From the NCBI RefSeq assembly GCF_009914755.1, contig NC_060931.1: 64,000 bases of DNA; one strand, written 5' to 3'. Of the stretch, positions 60,705 to 64,000 are shown one piece after another. Each line of letters begins with the position of its first letter. Positions within the stretch are counted from its first letter, which is position 1. Under the pieces are notes generated by a model. It was not told where the DNA came from. It ran no database searches and saw only the letters and a list, made by a program, of their open reading frames with translations. Source of the stretch: the human T2T-CHM13v2.0 reference genome, Homo sapiens. The translations under genes and the position numbers were made by a program.

Positions 60705-61084
60705 CACCATCACCATCCCCATACTCACCATCACCATCGTCATTATCGTCAGTCTCACCCTCACCATTCTCACCAGCATCAGCAGCAGCATCCTCACCAT
60801 AACTATCAGTATCATCACCAACTTCACTATCACCACCCTCACCATCTCCATCATTATCACCACCACCACTTTCACCATCACCATCCTGACCATCACCATC
60901 ATTATCACCTCATCATCACCATCCTTACCATCACCATCACCATGCTCACCTTCACCATTCTCACCATTCTCATCATCATCCTCAGCATAACTATCACTAT
61001 CATTATCACCACCTTCACCATCACCTTCCTCATCATCACCATCATTATCACCTTACCATCACCATCCTTATCATCACCATCACC
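60705..61084. repeat. (CAC/CAT)n low-complexity trinucleotide tract, copy B (homologous to copy A)
   Basis: Seen directly; shares rare variant motifs with 40842-41365. Confidence 0.93.
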
Positions 61085-64000
61085 TCTGAAAATCTTGGAG
61101 GAAAAGGAGAGGAGGTAGCATTTTAAAATACAGGTACTTCGACGAGGAGGAACAGGCAGAGTTGAAGCTGGGGAGGGGATATCCAACAATGGAGACCCCC
61201 AGAACATAAAACTAAGAAGCTCAGGCTTTGCCCAGAATCAGAGGCATCCTTGAAGATTTATCAGCAGGAGAGTATGTAGTCAGATTCGTGTTTAGGCAGA
61301 ACATTAAGCAATCCTCAGAAGGAAGAGGTAGAGGGAGGGAGGCCCACAGAGGAGACAGAACCTTCAACACAAACCAGGGTCCTGGTCCTGGGTCCAGCCA
61401 ATCTGGCAGGAATGAGGAATGGGAGGCTCATGGGTAAAGGCTGTGGCCAGGCAGGGAAAGGCCTCACTCTCCCTGCCACTCCTTTCCCTGCTCCCCACTT
61501 TTCTGTCCCATCTTTGCTAATACGCTCAGCATCTCCAACTGCACCCACCCACTACATTTGCCCCAATTCCTCCTCCTCTCTCATGCCTGAGGCCCAGGTG
61601 GCTTCCAGAGCTGACCAGGTCTACTTTAGAATTTTAATGAGATAATCTGGGTAGAAGTGCTGGTGCCCTGCCAGCCACAGCAGGTACTGCTCATATGGTA
61701 AACTGGAACTGTCTTCTCAGTTCCTGTAGCCTTGAGTTCAAATTCTCCCTAATCCAGATGACCACCGCCTCTCACCTGAGCAGAGAAGCCTCCCATTGGT
61801 CTCGCTGCCCCAGACCTTCCTCTTTCCAGATATCAGCCTGATAATTTTCTCAAACTGCAAACCTGGTCATGTCCCTCCGTTGTCCCTTTGACTAAAGGGT
61901 AAGACCGCAATTCCTTAGCATAACACCCCAGGCACTGAGGAGCTGAGGCCCCTCCATTTCCACCTTGACTTCTTCCCCTCCCCCTCTAGTAGCATTGCTG
62001 ACCCACTTGCCTTGTTCCTTCACCACATGGTTTTGATCCTGTTGCTCCTCTGCCTGGAGGGTCTTCCTACATCTTCTCTGCCCGGTGAATTTCTACTTAA
62101 CCTACAAACCACGCTCACCTTCTCTGTGCATCCTACTTCGTCCCCATCTTGCCGCAAATTGTGTCTCTCACTAGACCTCCAGCCCCTAAAAATCAGGGAC
62201 AGCTTAATGCATGTTGGAAATGGCTACTCCTCACTTAATTACCCTAATTAGCTAGTTATATTCCCTTATATTTATGTTTCCTCATTTACTGAAGCTTTCC
62301 ACAGGCCAGGCACTGAGATCCGGGGGAGGACCCTGAGGGTAGGACAAGCATGAGCACTGAAGGCTACAATGGCACAGGCACCAAGAGACCATGTGGGGTG
62401 CAGGAAGCCTCATCTCTAGAGTGTCTTCCTGGTTTACCATGAGCTTTCTTCCCTTCCCTTATTGGAGTTAACTTGTGCTGGTTTTGAATAGCCTGTGTCC
62501 CTGAAACATGCACTCCCACACACATAAACAGACCCACACTTATCCACATGTACCCACCCATACATACACAGACCTCTCTGTGTATCTCCCAGAGCTACAA
62601 ATGCCAATCTTGAGAATGAAGATTTTGCAAGTGCTCTGTGCCAGGCATGATGCCAGGTCCCTAACAACACAAGATCCCTCTGGTTTCTCCCACTCAGCTG
62701 TGCAAGTTTGGGGTTGAGGAGCTCCCCCTGCCAGGGTCACAGACGTGGAACATGAGGTAACAGCTATTTGAATGTAAGCCTGTAGGTCACCAAAACATAT
62801 GCCATCTGCACCCCACCACACTGCCTCCAAAGCACATGAAGACATGAGTCTATCAACTGTGACTCATTAGTACCCAGTAATATTTCCTCCTCCACTTCGC
62901 TTCCCACTGCCTCTCCAGTATCTCCACCCACAGTCCCAGAGCCACCTCTGCTTAACAAGGAGGTGAAGACAGATGCTCCGTTCCACCCGATGCCATCTCC
63001 CAGGGTGCAGCCCCCTCATATGATGAAATCATATGTTGTTTTTCATCATATGGCTAGTGGTGAGATGGGTGGCTCTGGCCCCAGGACTTCTCCCCGGGAC
63101 CTCTGCTCAGGACATGGCAGGGACAGAGGTGAGGTTACCATAAACTGCCTTGGAAATGACTACAAACCAGCTCACACCATTCCAGCACCTAACACTCTGA
63201 CAGCCCAGGGTGGGCCCACAGAAGGGGAAGGGCTAGGGAGTCCAGGACCACAAGAGTCCCCCTTCCCTGAGCCCTTGAGCACAGCCACCCAGGTGTAAGG
63301 GACAATATGGGGGTTCTGGGGATTCCCAAGCCTGGGCTCTGGAGGTGAGTTCTAGCAGGGCCCCCAGATATCCTCCCCATCCATCCCCTCATCCTGTCTC
63401 ACATATTGTAAAAAAATGGGGATAATAACGGTACCTCCCAGCATTGGCGTTATCTCCAGGCCTAGGTGTCCTGGATCCTTCTGCCCCCTTTACACTCTGT
63501 GCAGCATCCAGTCCTGCTTGAAAGGAGCTCCTCTACTCCCCCACCAAAGCTCTGGTGAATTAATGTCCCTGTGGGGCATAAGTGACAGACAGTAACTTCC
63601 TCAATCTCCTTGCAGCCTAATCTAAGAAGATGCCTTCTAAAGAATAGCATTCTAATGTGAAATTTTAGTCCTGTGAAAGGCTAATGGGAGAAATCAGATT
63701 CCTTTACAAGATTACAGAGAAAACAGGACAATGAGTATCTCTAAAAGAGAATGTTCACTTGGAGTGTCAATGGGGTTAGGTGGCCGATACGGAATGAAAG
63801 GCTTTCATTTGGCTCCCTGACTTGCTGGTTTTGGGGATTTCCCTGGTCCTGGTCATTACCTCTTTCCTCCTGCCCAGCATGTGCTCACACCAGCCCTCTG
63901 CCTCATAGTCCTTCCCACAGTCCCTTTTTCTTATCTTTTTTTAGACAAGGTAAGCTCAGAGGGACTTTTAATATGCCAATCGATGTTAATAAAACACAAG

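Noticed and set aside
39000-64000. Upstream BSND exons 1-3 or neighbouring TMEM61 exons
   Set aside because: Searched by eye on both strands and in the ORF track without finding a match; TBLASTN would be decisive

Overview
Primate, probably human, non-coding DNA that looks like a pericentromeric segmental-duplication mosaic. I can support no intact protein-coding gene. The layout from left to right is as follows. (1) An Alu-dense block (1-29.8 kb) with MER44, MER21, Tigger1 and a full THE1A MaLR provirus. (2) About 2.6 units of the ~2.4-kb SST1 (MER22/NBL2) macrosatellite (29.9-36.1 kb), whose units carry FAM27-type promoter and splice signals. (3) An unprocessed pseudogene fragment of the last exon of BSND (barttin) on the minus strand (38.6-39.0 kb). 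(4) Two homologous (CAC/CAT)n tracts about 19 kb apart. (5) An orphan CpG island (47.6-48.5 kb) beside a 3.2-kb 18/19-bp CACCTG minisatellite with an internal inversion. (6) L2/MIR-rich unique-looking DNA to the end. SST1/FAM27-like repeats plus a BSND pseudogene suggest the chr20p11 FAM182/BSNDP duplicon family or a paralogue; this comes from recall and is unverified. The most interesting structures are the SST1 unit as a self-contained spliced transcription cassette, the inverted E-box minisatellite, a templated ~385-bp insertion inside Tigger1, and the paired CAC/CAT tracts. Repeat family names come from recalled consensus sequences, and boundaries of old repeats are approximate.
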